From a virus: a stretch of DNA of 64,000 nt. Shown one piece after another: positions 37,399 to 46,814 of the stretch. Both the position numbers and the translations under genes were made by a program. The notes below the pieces were generated by a model, which was not told where the DNA came from, ran no database searches, and saw only the letters and a list, made by a program, of their open reading frames with translations. Location: IMG/VR virus record IMGVR_UViG_3300045131_002929, positions 82,618 to 146,617 of that record; one strand, given 5' to 3'. Position 1 is the first letter of the stretch, and every line of letters begins with the position of its first letter.

Positions 37399-38270
37399 AT
37401 CCACTCATAGCAGATCAGGTGGCAGGCGTAGGCCAAGGCCTGCTGGACGCCTCCAAAGCGAACAAAGAATATGTCGACAAGGCCATAACGGCCGGCGGGC
37501 TGTCCGCCCTCGCGTCCGTGCTGATGGGCCTCGCCATGCGGCAGGGCAAGAAGAAGCCGGACCAGGGCAAGAAGCTCAGCGAGAGCCTGCAGCTCGGCGA
37601 CCTGTACTCCGATTCGGCCGATCCCGCGGAGGCTATGCGGCGGATATACAAGGCCGGCGGCGAGAAGACCGCCATGGACAAGGCGGACCTGCTGGTCGGC
37701 GGCACCGGGCTGGCCATGGCGTCGGCGGCGCCCGCGGTCATGTTCGCGAACGTCATGAAGCAGCGCAAATCGGAATCCGCGTTGGACGTCTCCAAGAAAA
37801 AGCTGCACGACGCCTTGGCGCGCTACCACCATCTGCTCAAGAAGGAGACGCTGTCGGGCTCCGGGGTCGAGGTGGACGAGCTCAAGGATAAGGCGCACGC
37901 CATAGTCAAAGAGGGGGCCGAGAAGCTGAGCGTGCCGATGGCGACGCTGCTTAGCGGACTCGGAATAGCGGGCGGCGCGGGCGGTTTCAACATAGCGTAC
38001 GACCAGGGCGCCAAACGGACGGAAGGCGCGGTGGCCATGAAGAAGATGCGCGAGGCCATCGAAAAGCAGCAGCGGCTGCAGGGCGCGCCGGCCACGGCGG
38101 ACGTCGGCATGACGCCCGAGGAGATGATAGCCTACGAGGCCCTGCGCAGGGAGCATTCCGGCAAAGGCCGCAAGGCGCGCGTGGCCCAGCCCGCCGCGGA
38201 GGATCAGCGGAGTTCGGTGTCGGCCAGTCCGGACGACCCCGCCTTGAAGGATTTATTGGCGTCCGTCTAA
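37395..38270 (+). CDS. putative virion/ejected protein with repeated hydrophobic segments and K-x-A motifs
   Basis: ATG 37395 overlaps the upstream TGA; GEKTA motif; three Gly-rich hydrophobic helices. Confidence 0.65.
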   Translation: MNPLIADQVAGVGQGLLDASKANKEYVDKAITAGGLSALASVLMGLAMRQGKKKPDQGKKLSESLQLGDLYSDSADPAEAMRRIYKAGGEKTAMDKADLLVGGTGLAMASAAPAVMFANVMKQRKSESALDVSKKKLHDALARYHHLLKKETLSGSGVEVDELKDKAHAIVKEGAEKLSVPMATLLSGLGIAGGAGGFNIAYDQGAKRTEGAVAMKKMREAIEKQQRLQGAPATADVGMTPEEMIAYEALRREHSGKGRKARVAQPAAEDQRSSVSASPDDPALKDLLASV

Positions 38271-38285
38271 AATAGGTGCTATGCC

Positions 38286-41200
38286 ATGGCGGAACCCAAG
38301 CAAGAGCTGCCCGGGCTTGTCGGCCTGAACGACTACGACGCCCGCCGCAAGCTCATATTCGACTACGCGCTCGAGGGCGTCAAGACCAAATTCCCGGTGG
38401 AGAACACCCAGGTCAGACTGAAGGTCGACAACCTGGCGTACGACGACGATAAGAATTTCACGCCGATGGACCAGAAAGAGGCGCTGCTCAGCGGCGGCTC
38501 GCTGGGGCGCAAGCTGAAGGGCAACTGGGTTCTCGAGGATCTGAAGACCGGCGAAGTGCTGGGCCGGACCTCCAAGAAGACCATAGCCAACATCCCATGG
38601 CTCACCGACCGCGGAACTTTCATACGCAACGGCTCCGAGTCGAGCATCGTCAACCAGATGCGGCTGGTGCCCGGCGTCTTCGTCAAGAACACGGAGGACG
38701 GCAGGGTGGAGACCCATGTGAACGTCAAGCCCGGCACAGGCCATATGTTCAAAGTGTCGATGGACCCGGCCGATCCAGTGTTCGAGGTGATGGTCAAAGG
38801 CCGTAAGATCAAGATGTACCCGCTGCTCAAGGCGCTGGGGGTGCAGGACGCCGACATGGAGGCCGCGTGGGGCACCGAGATCCTCGACAAGAACCGCAAG
38901 CGCGACGACACGCGGTCGGCGGTGTCCGCCGCGCAGACGTTCGGCGCTTTCCGCAGGATCAACAAAACGGCGGACGAGGCCCCGAAGCCGCCGGCGCCGG
39001 AGCAGCCGGAGCTCGGCATAGAGGACGTGGCCGCCGCCTTTCAGAAGATGGAGCTCGACCCTGAGTCGGTCAGCTCCACTCTCGGCAAACCCTACGCCAA
39101 CGTGTCGCCGGCGCTGCTGCTCGACGCCACGAAGAAGATGATCCTGCTCAACAGGGGCATGGCCGAGGCCGACGACCGCGACTCGCTGGAATTCCAGCGG
39201 GTACACATGGCGCATGACTTCATCAAGGAGCGGATCGTCAAGGATTCCGGCGGCATGATCTCCAAGATGTTGTGGAAGGCCACCGCGAAGCGGTCGCCGG
39301 ACGCCATACCGGGCGGTGCGCTGGACAAGCATGTCGACGCCCTCTTCAACTCCGGTGGGCTCACCCAGTACGTCGAGGAGATCAACCCGCTGGATCCCTA
39401 CGACCAGGCGCAGCGGCTGACTCGGCTCGGCGAGGGCGCGCTGGGCGACGCCGTGCCCGACGAGGCGCGCGCAGTGCAGCCCACCTTCCGCGGCTACGTG
39501 GATCCGATACGCAGCCCGCAGAGCTCGGCGGTAGGCCTGGACATGCGCATGGCCCACGGCGTGAAGGTCGGAGCCGACGGCCTGCTGTACAGGGAGATGG
39601 TCAACGCCAAGACGGGCGCCGTGGAGTGGGTCAGCTCGACCAAGGCGGCGCGTTCCGTCATAGGCTTTCCGGAGGCCCTTAAAAGCAAAGACGACTATGT
39701 CCCGGCCACGGTCAAGGCCGAGGGCCTGCAGTATGTGCATAAGGGCACGGTGGACTACGTGATGCGGAGCCCCGGCGACCTTTTCTCGACAATAAGCAAT
39801 CTAGTGCCGATGGTGTCCGGGACGAAAGGCCAGCGGCTGCTCATGGGCGCCAGCTACCACCTGAGCGCGCTGCCGCTGCTGCACCGGGAGGCGCCGCTGG
39901 TCAGATCGGCGCTGCCCGACGGCTCGGATTCGCACAAGGCGCTGGCGCCTTACGCCGGCGTGGTCAGGGCGTCCGAGCCCGGCTTCGTGGAGAGCGTGGG
40001 CAAGGAGTCCATAAAAATCAAAGGCAACGACGGCAAGGTCAAAGAATACCCGCTGTACCACAACTTCCCTTTCGCCCGCAAATCCAGCATGTCCAACTCG
40101 GCGAGCGTGGAGAAGGGCCAGGCCGTCAAGACCGGCGACCTGCTGGCCACGAGCAACTTCTCCGACAAGAAGGGCGAGGTGGCCCTGGGTTTGAATCTGA
40201 GATGCGCGTACATGCCTTACAAAGGCTACCTGCACGAGGACGCCATAGTAGTCTCCGAGTCGGCGGCTAAAAAGCTCACGTCCGAGATGATGACGTCCGT
40301 CAAGATGCGCGACTCCGAGGGCGTGGAGCCTGGCCTGGCTTCGCACATGTCCAGCTTCCCCTCGGCGTTCAACGAGGCGCAGAGGCAGACCATAGGTCCC
40401 GACGGGCTGGTGAAGGTCGGCACCGTCGTCAGGCCGGGCGACCCACTGATCCTGGCCGTGAAGCGGCAGGCGCCGACGGTCGGCTCCATGGGGCGCAGGC
40501 TGACCACCGACCACGCCGTGACATGGGACCACCATGACGCCGGCGTCGTCACGGACTCCCGCAAGACCAAGGAGGGATGGCGCGTGCAGGTACGGGCCAA
40601 CTCCGCCGCGCAGCCGGGCGACAAACTTTGCTATTCGGACGACACCGAGATGCTCACGTCGCGGGGATGGAAGCGCGTCTCCAGCATTGACACTGCCGAC
40701 TATCTGGCTTCCAGGACCGAGGCCGGCGAGCTGGAATACGTGCAGCCGATGGCTATAGTGGACTACGAGTACGAAGGGCCGATGCACCTGGTGGAGACGA
40801 CGCAGGTGTCGCTGATGGTCACGCCCGAGCACAGCCACCTGGCCAAGCGGCGCGGCGCGGACGCTTTCGAGCTCATCCCGGCGGCCGAGCTGTTCGGAAC
40901 CAGATACAGGCTCAAGAAGGACGCCAAATGGAAAGGGTCTTCGCCTGAGTACGTGGACATGCCCGCCTACACGAGAAAAGCAGGCCAGGGCGGCGCGGGC
41001 GAATTGCTCGTGAAGGGCCGCAGGCTGAGTGTGGACGCCTATATGTTCCTACTAGGAGCCTACCTTTCAGAGGGTAACTGCTTCGCCTACGACGGCAACT
41101 ACGGCATAGAGATAACGCAGATCACCGAGCCCAACCGGAGCGACATGCTCGCCAAGCTGAGGGAGTTGGGGATCAAATTCAACGAGGTTAACAATAAGAC

Positions 41201-44200
41201 GAAGGTACGGCTGTACGGGAAGGACCTGGCGCTGCACTTCGAGCAGTTCGGCCGCTCGCACGAGAAGTTCATACCCGACTGGGTCTTCGACTGCGCCAAG
41301 CAGGACCTGGAAACGCTTTATGAGTGGCTGATGTGGGTCGACGGATGCCGCGTATCTACAAGCCACTCGTACTGCACGACATCCGAAAGACTGGCAGGCG
41401 ACATCCAGCGGCTCTGCCTGCACATAGGCCTGGCCGGCACGTTGAAGCGCAGAGACGCGACAGTGGGCGAGATCAAAGGTAAAACTTATGCTCTCAGGCC
41501 GCGGTACGACATCTCGATATACAGACAGAAGCTGGAGCCCGAGATCAACCACGGGCACTGCAAGCGCCAGAAAGGCCAGCGCGAGGAGTGGGCGGCCTAC
41601 TCGGGCCGCGTGTACTGCCCATCACTGCCGAGAAACCACACCGTGTATGTGCGGCGCAACGGCAAGACCTGCTGGTCGGGCAACTGCGGCAGGCACGGAA
41701 ATAAAGGTGTCATAGGGCTCATACTCCCGGACGAGCAGATGCCGAAGGACGCGCAAGGCAGGCCGCTGGAGGTTCTGCTCAACCCCTACGGCGTATCCGG
41801 CCGGACGAATTCCGCGCAGATGATAGAGGCCGCGCTGGGCAAGGTCGCGGCCAAGACGGGCAGGCCCTACGTCATGCCGCTGTTCGGCGACGATCCGGAC
41901 GGCTCGCTCATCAGTTTCGCCAAGGCCGAGCTGGCCAAGGCCGGCCTGCGGGACAAGGAGGACGTGTTCGACCCTTCGCTGAACAAGAATTTGAAAGACG
42001 TGTTCGTCGGCAGCCTTTACATGCACAAACTGCAGCATACGGCCGAGGCCAAGGCTGGCGGGCGGTCGTTCGGCGGATACACCCAGGACAAGCTGCCTTC
42101 CACTGGCGGGCATGACGGTGGTAAGCGTATTGGTAGTATGGAATGCGGGGCAATGTTCTCGCATGGCGCCATGGAGAATCTGAAGGACATGAAGCTGATC
42201 AAAGGCCAGGAGAACTACGACTACTGGCGCGACGTCAAGCTAGGCCGGACGCCGGTCATGCCGCGCGGCAGCTTCCTGTATGACAAATTCAGGGCGCAGA
42301 TGCGGTCGGCCGGCATTAACCTGGAGGACCGCGGCGCGAAGACGCATATATTCGCGATGACGAACGACCAGGCCAAAGAGCTTACGCAGGGCCGCGAGGT
42401 CCAGAACACGGACACCTACGACGCCAAGAAGTTCACGCCGATAAAAGGCGGGATGTTCGACGAGGCGCTGACCGGCGGCGCTGAAGGCAATCTGTTCGCC
42501 ATGGTCAAGCTGGACGAGCCGGTTCTGAACCCGATCATGGAGGATTCGGTACGGCGCATACTCGGCGTCACCATCAAGGATCTGGAGGCGCTGGCCTCCG
42601 GCGACAAGCCCTACAAGGACATGTACGGCGGCAAAGCCTTGAAAGCCAGGCTCGCGGACGTCAATCTGGACATGGAGCTGCTGAAGGCCCGCAACGCTGC
42701 GAAAGGCTCTTCCGGCGCCACGCGCGACGCGGCCGTCAAGAAGATAAGAGCCATAATGTCGATGAAGGAGCATGGCGTTCGGCCGCAGGATTTCATGATG
42801 GACGCCGTGCCCGTGCTGCCGCCGTCGTTCCGGCCGATAACCACGATGGACGGCGAGAACAAGGCCGCCGACGCCAACTACATGTACCGCGAGCTCATGT
42901 TCGCCAGGAACGACCTGCGCGACGCGGCCGCCATACTGCCCGACAAGGATCTGACCGACGCCCGCCGCAAGGTGATAGGGTCGTACAAGTCGCTCGTGGG
43001 CCTGCAGGACACCGACAACGCGGAGCTGTCCGACAAGAAGGTCGGCGGCATACTGGCCACCGTCTTCGGCAAGAGCTCGCCCAAAGTCGGCCAATTCCAC
43101 CGGCGCATGATAGGCATGTCGCAGGATCTCACCACCCGCGCGCCGATCATACCGGATCCGACGCTCCGGGTGGACCAGGTCGGCCTGCCTTTCAACCGCG
43201 CGTGGGAGCTCTACGAGCCTTTCGTCGTCAGGCGGCTCGTGCGCGGCGGCATGCCGGCCACGCAGGCCGCGAAGGCCGTGGCCGACCGCACGGGCCAGGC
43301 CGAGGCCGCCCTGCAGGAATGCGTGCGCGAGCGGCCGGTCATGATAAACAGGGCGCCCACCATGCACAAGCACAGCATAGTGGGCATGTGGCCGCTGCTG
43401 GTCAAGGGCGACTCCATGAAGGTGCCCAACGGAATCCTGGCCCCTATGGGGGCTGACTATGACGGCAACTGCGCCGACTTTAACACAGAACTTAAATTAA
43501 GATTATCAAAGTCCGCGCTTGAGACCTTCGCCGGTCTAGGGTACATTGTCGGTGTCGATGGGACACTAACAAAGGAGACCTGCATGCAGACGGCGGACAC
43601 AAAGGTGGCGATCAAGGCCGAAGGCGTGGTAGCTACCACGCGTATAGGGGAATTCCCCCGCGCTGGCGTACCTGGCAAGGACAGGAACGGGGCGGACGTG
43701 TACGAGGTTCCGGCAGGCGTCGAGGTTCTGACTCTCGACCCGGCTACGCTGAATCCTATATTCTCCGAGGTGACCACGTTCACGGAGGAGAAAGACTGCC
43801 CGTGCGTCGAAGTCGCAACCGACACGCAGTGCGTCATAGTCAGCGACAACGAGTCGCTGTGCGTGTTCGACCACGCCTCGGGCGCGCTCTCGAAGATGGC
43901 GCCGAAGTCTTCCGTGGGCATGTTCTCGCCTTCCGTGCGGGCCATGACCACCGGCGAGGACAAGCACTCCAGGGATCTAGGGTGGTGGGTAGGCGCCTTC
44001 GTGTCGGACGGATGGGTGTCTGGAAATTATGTCGGATACGCCAAGTCCGAGAAGGTTAAAAGGGACGAGTTCGTGCGCATCACCAGGGAGCTGGTGCACG
44101 ACAACTTCAACAGCCGAGAGCACGCCGCCTCCAAGGGCGTCGATAAACTCGGCGACAGCGTTAAACTGCATTTGAACGGCCGCGAGCTGGTCGACGCCGT

Positions 44201-45203
44201 GCGTGGCATGGGTTTCGTGGAGGACGGGCCGGATAGACAGGCTCTCCGCAAGCGCATACCGCCGAAAATGATCTTCGAGGGTTCGGACGAGTTCGCCTGG
44301 GGGTTGTTGTCCGGATTGCTGGACGGGGACGGTACGGTGGCCGTCAACATGCACACCGGCAAGCCCAGGTACACGCTGCGCTTCAGCACCTCGAGCAAGA
44401 GCCTGGTGGAGGGGGTGCGCGCGCTTTGCTGGCGCCTCGGGCTGCGCTGCTGCGTCAGCACCACCCCGCCCAGGGGGCATAGCAAGGAGGCGTACGTCGT
44501 GCTTCCCTCCGTGGTCGACGTACGGCCGCACGCCGGCAAATTAAGCTGCGTCGGGGCTTTAGAGCGCGAGAGGGTGGCAGGCCTGGCGGCGGCCACACTG
44601 CGCCAGGACATCAGGGACTACATACCGCTCACGCTCGATGAGGCGAAGAACTTGAAAATCAGGGCAAAGGATCTGGCCGAGAAGGCGGTGGTGTCGGCGC
44701 TTGATAAAAGGAAAGCCACGCCTTGGTTGAACAGGCAGTATCTAGCCAGGTTGATCGCCGGCGACTTCGCGCTTGAGAAGGCCTTCGAGGCCCGCATGAA
44801 TCCGCGGATACGCTGGGAGCACATAGAACGAGTGACAGACGCCGGCCGACGGGACGTGTACGACTTCGGCGTTCCCGGCTCCAAGGTGTTCGCCGTCGAC
44901 AAGGGCCTGATCATCTGGGACACGCTCACCATCCATGTGCCAGTGTCTGACCTGGCCGTCAAAGAGACCGTGCGCAAGATGATGCCGAACAGGATGCTGC
45001 TGTCCGGGCGCGATTTCAAGCTCACGTACAAGACAGGCCACGAGTACGTGCACGGGGCCTGGCTGGCCACGAAGCCGCCGAAGGAAGGCAAGGCCGTCGA
45101 GTTCGACACCGCCGCCGACGCGAAGGCGGCTTTCCGCGACGGCAAGATAGATGTGGACACGCCTATAAGAATTCGAAGCAGGGACATAGGGGGTGCCCGG
45201 TGA
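38286..45203 (+). CDS. phage multisubunit-type RNA polymerase, beta fused to the N-terminal half of beta', with two inteins
   Basis: Beta motifs GTFIRNG, RLLMGA, GYLHEDAI, GDKL|CGRHGNKGV, LLNPYGV, YMHKLQH, GGKRIGSME; beta' motifs VPVLPPSFRP, MINRAPTMH, GADYDGN|T, IHVPVS. Confidence 0.93.
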   Translation: MAEPKQELPGLVGLNDYDARRKLIFDYALEGVKTKFPVENTQVRLKVDNLAYDDDKNFTPMDQKEALLSGGSLGRKLKGNWVLEDLKTGEVLGRTSKKTIANIPWLTDRGTFIRNGSESSIVNQMRLVPGVFVKNTEDGRVETHVNVKPGTGHMFKVSMDPADPVFEVMVKGRKIKMYPLLKALGVQDADMEAAWGTEILDKNRKRDDTRSAVSAAQTFGAFRRINKTADEAPKPPAPEQPELGIEDVAAAFQKMELDPESVSSTLGKPYANVSPALLLDATKKMILLNRGMAEADDRDSLEFQRVHMAHDFIKERIVKDSGGMISKMLWKATAKRSPDAIPGGALDKHVDALFNSGGLTQYVEEINPLDPYDQAQRLTRLGEGALGDAVPDEARAVQPTFRGYVDPIRSPQSSAVGLDMRMAHGVKVGADGLLYREMVNAKTGAVEWVSSTKAARSVIGFPEALKSKDDYVPATVKAEGLQYVHKGTVDYVMRSPGDLFSTISNLVPMVSGTKGQRLLMGASYHLSALPLLHREAPLVRSALPDGSDSHKALAPYAGVVRASEPGFVESVGKESIKIKGNDGKVKEYPLYHNFPFARKSSMSNSASVEKGQAVKTGDLLATSNFSDKKGEVALGLNLRCAYMPYKGYLHEDAIVVSESAAKKLTSEMMTSVKMRDSEGVEPGLASHMSSFPSAFNEAQRQTIGPDGLVKVGTVVRPGDPLILAVKRQAPTVGSMGRRLTTDHAVTWDHHDAGVVTDSRKTKEGWRVQVRANSAAQPGDKLCYSDDTEMLTSRGWKRVSSIDTADYLASRTEAGELEYVQPMAIVDYEYEGPMHLVETTQVSLMVTPEHSHLAKRRGADAFELIPAAELFGTRYRLKKDAKWKGSSPEYVDMPAYTRKAGQGGAGELLVKGRRLSVDAYMFLLGAYLSEGNCFAYDGNYGIEITQITEPNRSDMLAKLRELGIKFNEVNNKTKVRLYGKDLALHFEQFGRSHEKFIPDWVFDCAKQDLETLYEWLMWVDGCRVSTSHSYCTTSERLAGDIQRLCLHIGLAGTLKRRDATVGEIKGKTYALRPRYDISIYRQKLEPEINHGHCKRQKGQREEWAAYSGRVYCPSLPRNHTVYVRRNGKTCWSGNCGRHGNKGVIGLILPDEQMPKDAQGRPLEVLLNPYGVSGRTNSAQMIEAALGKVAAKTGRPYVMPLFGDDPDGSLISFAKAELAKAGLRDKEDVFDPSLNKNLKDVFVGSLYMHKLQHTAEAKAGGRSFGGYTQDKLPSTGGHDGGKRIGSMECGAMFSHGAMENLKDMKLIKGQENYDYWRDVKLGRTPVMPRGSFLYDKFRAQMRSAGINLEDRGAKTHIFAMTNDQAKELTQGREVQNTDTYDAKKFTPIKGGMFDEALTGGAEGNLFAMVKLDEPVLNPIMEDSVRRILGVTIKDLEALASGDKPYKDMYGGKALKARLADVNLDMELLKARNAAKGSSGATRDAAVKKIRAIMSMKEHGVRPQDFMMDAVPVLPPSFRPITTMDGENKAADANYMYRELMFARNDLRDAAAILPDKDLTDARRKVIGSYKSLVGLQDTDNAELSDKKVGGILATVFGKSSPKVGQFHRRMIGMSQDLTTRAPIIPDPTLRVDQVGLPFNRAWELYEPFVVRRLVRGGMPATQAAKAVADRTGQAEAALQECVRERPVMINRAPTMHKHSIVGMWPLLVKGDSMKVPNGILAPMGADYDGNCADFNTELKLRLSKSALETFAGLGYIVGVDGTLTKETCMQTADTKVAIKAEGVVATTRIGEFPRAGVPGKDRNGADVYEVPAGVEVLTLDPATLNPIFSEVTTFTEEKDCPCVEVATDTQCVIVSDNESLCVFDHASGALSKMAPKSSVGMFSPSVRAMTTGEDKHSRDLGWWVGAFVSDGWVSGNYVGYAKSEKVKRDEFVRITRELVHDNFNSREHAASKGVDKLGDSVKLHLNGRELVDAVRGMGFVEDGPDRQALRKRIPPKMIFEGSDEFAWGLLSGLLDGDGTVAVNMHTGKPRYTLRFSTSSKSLVEGVRALCWRLGLRCCVSTTPPRGHSKEAYVVLPSVVDVRPHAGKLSCVGALERERVAGLAAATLRQDIRDYIPLTLDEAKNLKIRAKDLAEKAVVSALDKRKATPWLNRQYLARLIAGDFALEKAFEARMNPRIRWEHIERVTDAGRRDVYDFGVPGSKVFAVDKGLIIWDTLTIHVPVSDLAVKETVRKMMPNRMLLSGRDFKLTYKTGHEYVHGAWLATKPPKEGKAVEFDTAADAKAAFRDGKIDVDTPIRIRSRDIGGAR
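40629..41684 (+). mobile_element. intein 1 in the RNAP beta GDK..GRHGNKG motif (352 aa, LAGLIDADG)
   Basis: Begins CYSDDTEMLTSRGW; VTPEH; LGAYLSEGN and WLMWVDG; ends VRRNGKTCWSGN with Cys +1. Confidence 0.93.
43470..44921 (+). mobile_element. intein 2 at the RNAP beta' catalytic motif (484 aa, LAGLIDADG, C-terminal Asp)
   Basis: Begins CADFNTEL; VGAFVSDGW and LSGLLDGDG; block F VYDFGVPGSKVFAV; ends IIWD with Thr +1. Confidence 0.88.
43519..43586 (+). promoter_or_regulatory. internal sigma70-like promoter, SD and in-frame ATG inside RNAP intein 2
   Basis: TTGAGA-N17-TACATT (43519-43547), AAGGAG (43572-43577), ATG at 43584 in frame. Confidence 0.6.
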
Positions 45204-46801
45204 GCTCCGAACAGTCGTCGATCATCCATTTCGTGCCGGCCGAGGCCGAGGCCGACGTCAAGTCGAACGGGCTTATGACCGCGCAGGCCCTGTCGGCGGC
45301 CGGCCGGCCGGAGGGCGCGCGCCACCTGGCCAGCTATCTGGCGAAGATGAAGTTCAAGCCGGAGGCCAAAGCGGCCTACGACAAGGCGCTGGCGGGCGTG
45401 GCCGCCCCTACGGAGGATGAAAAGGCCGTGGCGGCCATGAAAGCCGTCCGCGGCGACACGCTGGCCGACTCCGGCGGCGACTGGGTGTATGGGTTCACCA
45501 AGGGGCAGGCGGAGCGCGTCCGCGGCATACTCGCGCGCAACCGCTCCAAGTGGCTGGACGGCAGGGTGCCGTACGAGATAGACCTGGCCGGCCTGAAAGC
45601 GGCGGATCTGCTCATGAAGGCCGAGAACACGGAGGCGCGCCAGATACTCGCCCAGCGCATAAAGGCCAATCGGCTGGCGGGCAGATCGCTGCTGCACGGC
45701 ATAGAGCATCCGCGGATCATGGTCAAGGGCGGCGTGGTGCCGCCTAGATTTCTGAAAAGGATCGAGATGCTCAAAGAGGGCGGCGATACGTTAGAGAAGA
45801 CACCCCAACTCTCAAAATCGGGACATAATGGAATGGACACACCCTTCGACCTGTATCTGACGAAAATGGCGGCGGCGCCACGGGTTAAACCCACGTTCGC
45901 AGCCGGCGGCCTCGGCGCCTCAGTGCCTGCCGAGGTTAAAAAGAAGCTGCTCGGCACGCCCGGCAAGGCGAAGCGGAAAGTCGACTTCGAAGAGCTGGTC
46001 GACAAAGGGGCGGTAGCCGATCCTTTCCGCAAACAGGCCGGGTGGCGTGAAGAGGCGGCCGGGTTGAAGGATGGCGTGGCCGACTGGGTGAAACGCACAT
46101 CCCAATGGGCGCGAGACCCGCTAAGCTTAAAAGCCCTCGCCGCCGCGCCGGGCAGGATACTCAACGACCCCGACGCGATGAAAATGGCGAAGACCGAGAT
46201 AGGGCCTTCTGCGGCGAGCCTCGCAAGGGTGATAGACGACAAGGCCGAGCTTAACAAAAAATGGAAGCCGGCGGTGGACGCGGCGCCCGATACACAACTT
46301 ATCGACAGAGCGCAAAAAGCCTATGCCAATCCAGTAGTCCGCGAGTTCGCGGCCAAGTCCGATCTGGATAAGCTGCGGACAGGCATAGAAGGCATTCCGG
46401 CCGGGTACGGCGCCTATAACACGTACAACCACGCGGCCGGCTGGCTTACTCGGAATTATCCGAACGCGACGGCCGTGCTAGACACCGTAGCGCCTAAATG
46501 GTCACCTAAGGCAAGGGAGTGGGTGGCGGAGCGGACCATCGACAAAGCCAAGGCCGGCGAGGCTCAAATGGCGGCGGCGCTGGACCAGAATAAGGGTAAA
46601 CTGGATATGGCGCAAAACCTGGCGCCTTTCTTCCCCATGTGGGAAGGTTTGAAAGGGGCGGCCGTCGGCGGGGCCAAGCAGCTGTGGGCGGGGGCGCCTG
46701 GATTCATAGAAAAGACGCAGGCCGGCGCGCTGCGCGCCGGCGAGCCGCTGGGCGGAATAGACAGGCGCGCGCTGGCGCCTATGCGAAATCAAGCTAGCTA
46801 A
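45200..46801 (+). CDS. hypothetical protein, possibly two fused genes (internal start at 45833)
   Basis: Internal MDTPFD..LTKMAA resembles the N-terminus of the next gene; FRKQAG motif. Confidence 0.6.
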   Translation: MSSEQSSIIHFVPAEAEADVKSNGLMTAQALSAAGRPEGARHLASYLAKMKFKPEAKAAYDKALAGVAAPTEDEKAVAAMKAVRGDTLADSGGDWVYGFTKGQAERVRGILARNRSKWLDGRVPYEIDLAGLKAADLLMKAENTEARQILAQRIKANRLAGRSLLHGIEHPRIMVKGGVVPPRFLKRIEMLKEGGDTLEKTPQLSKSGHNGMDTPFDLYLTKMAAAPRVKPTFAAGGLGASVPAEVKKKLLGTPGKAKRKVDFEELVDKGAVADPFRKQAGWREEAAGLKDGVADWVKRTSQWARDPLSLKALAAAPGRILNDPDAMKMAKTEIGPSAASLARVIDDKAELNKKWKPAVDAAPDTQLIDRAQKAYANPVVREFAAKSDLDKLRTGIEGIPAGYGAYNTYNHAAGWLTRNYPNATAVLDTVAPKWSPKAREWVAERTIDKAKAGEAQMAAALDQNKGKLDMAQNLAPFFPMWEGLKGAAVGGAKQLWAGAPGFIEKTQAGALRAGEPLGGIDRRALAPMRNQAS

Positions 46802-46814
46802 CGAGGTATTGAAA

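Noticed and set aside
38286-45203. Bacterial rpoBC locus (host chromosome)
   Set aside because: Highly diverged, truncated beta', no ribosomal protein neighbours, and phage gene context throughout
45811-45829. Fourth copy of the NTYAAA-N17-CATAAT promoter
   Set aside because: CTCAAA is only 7 nt from CATAAT, so the spacing does not fit
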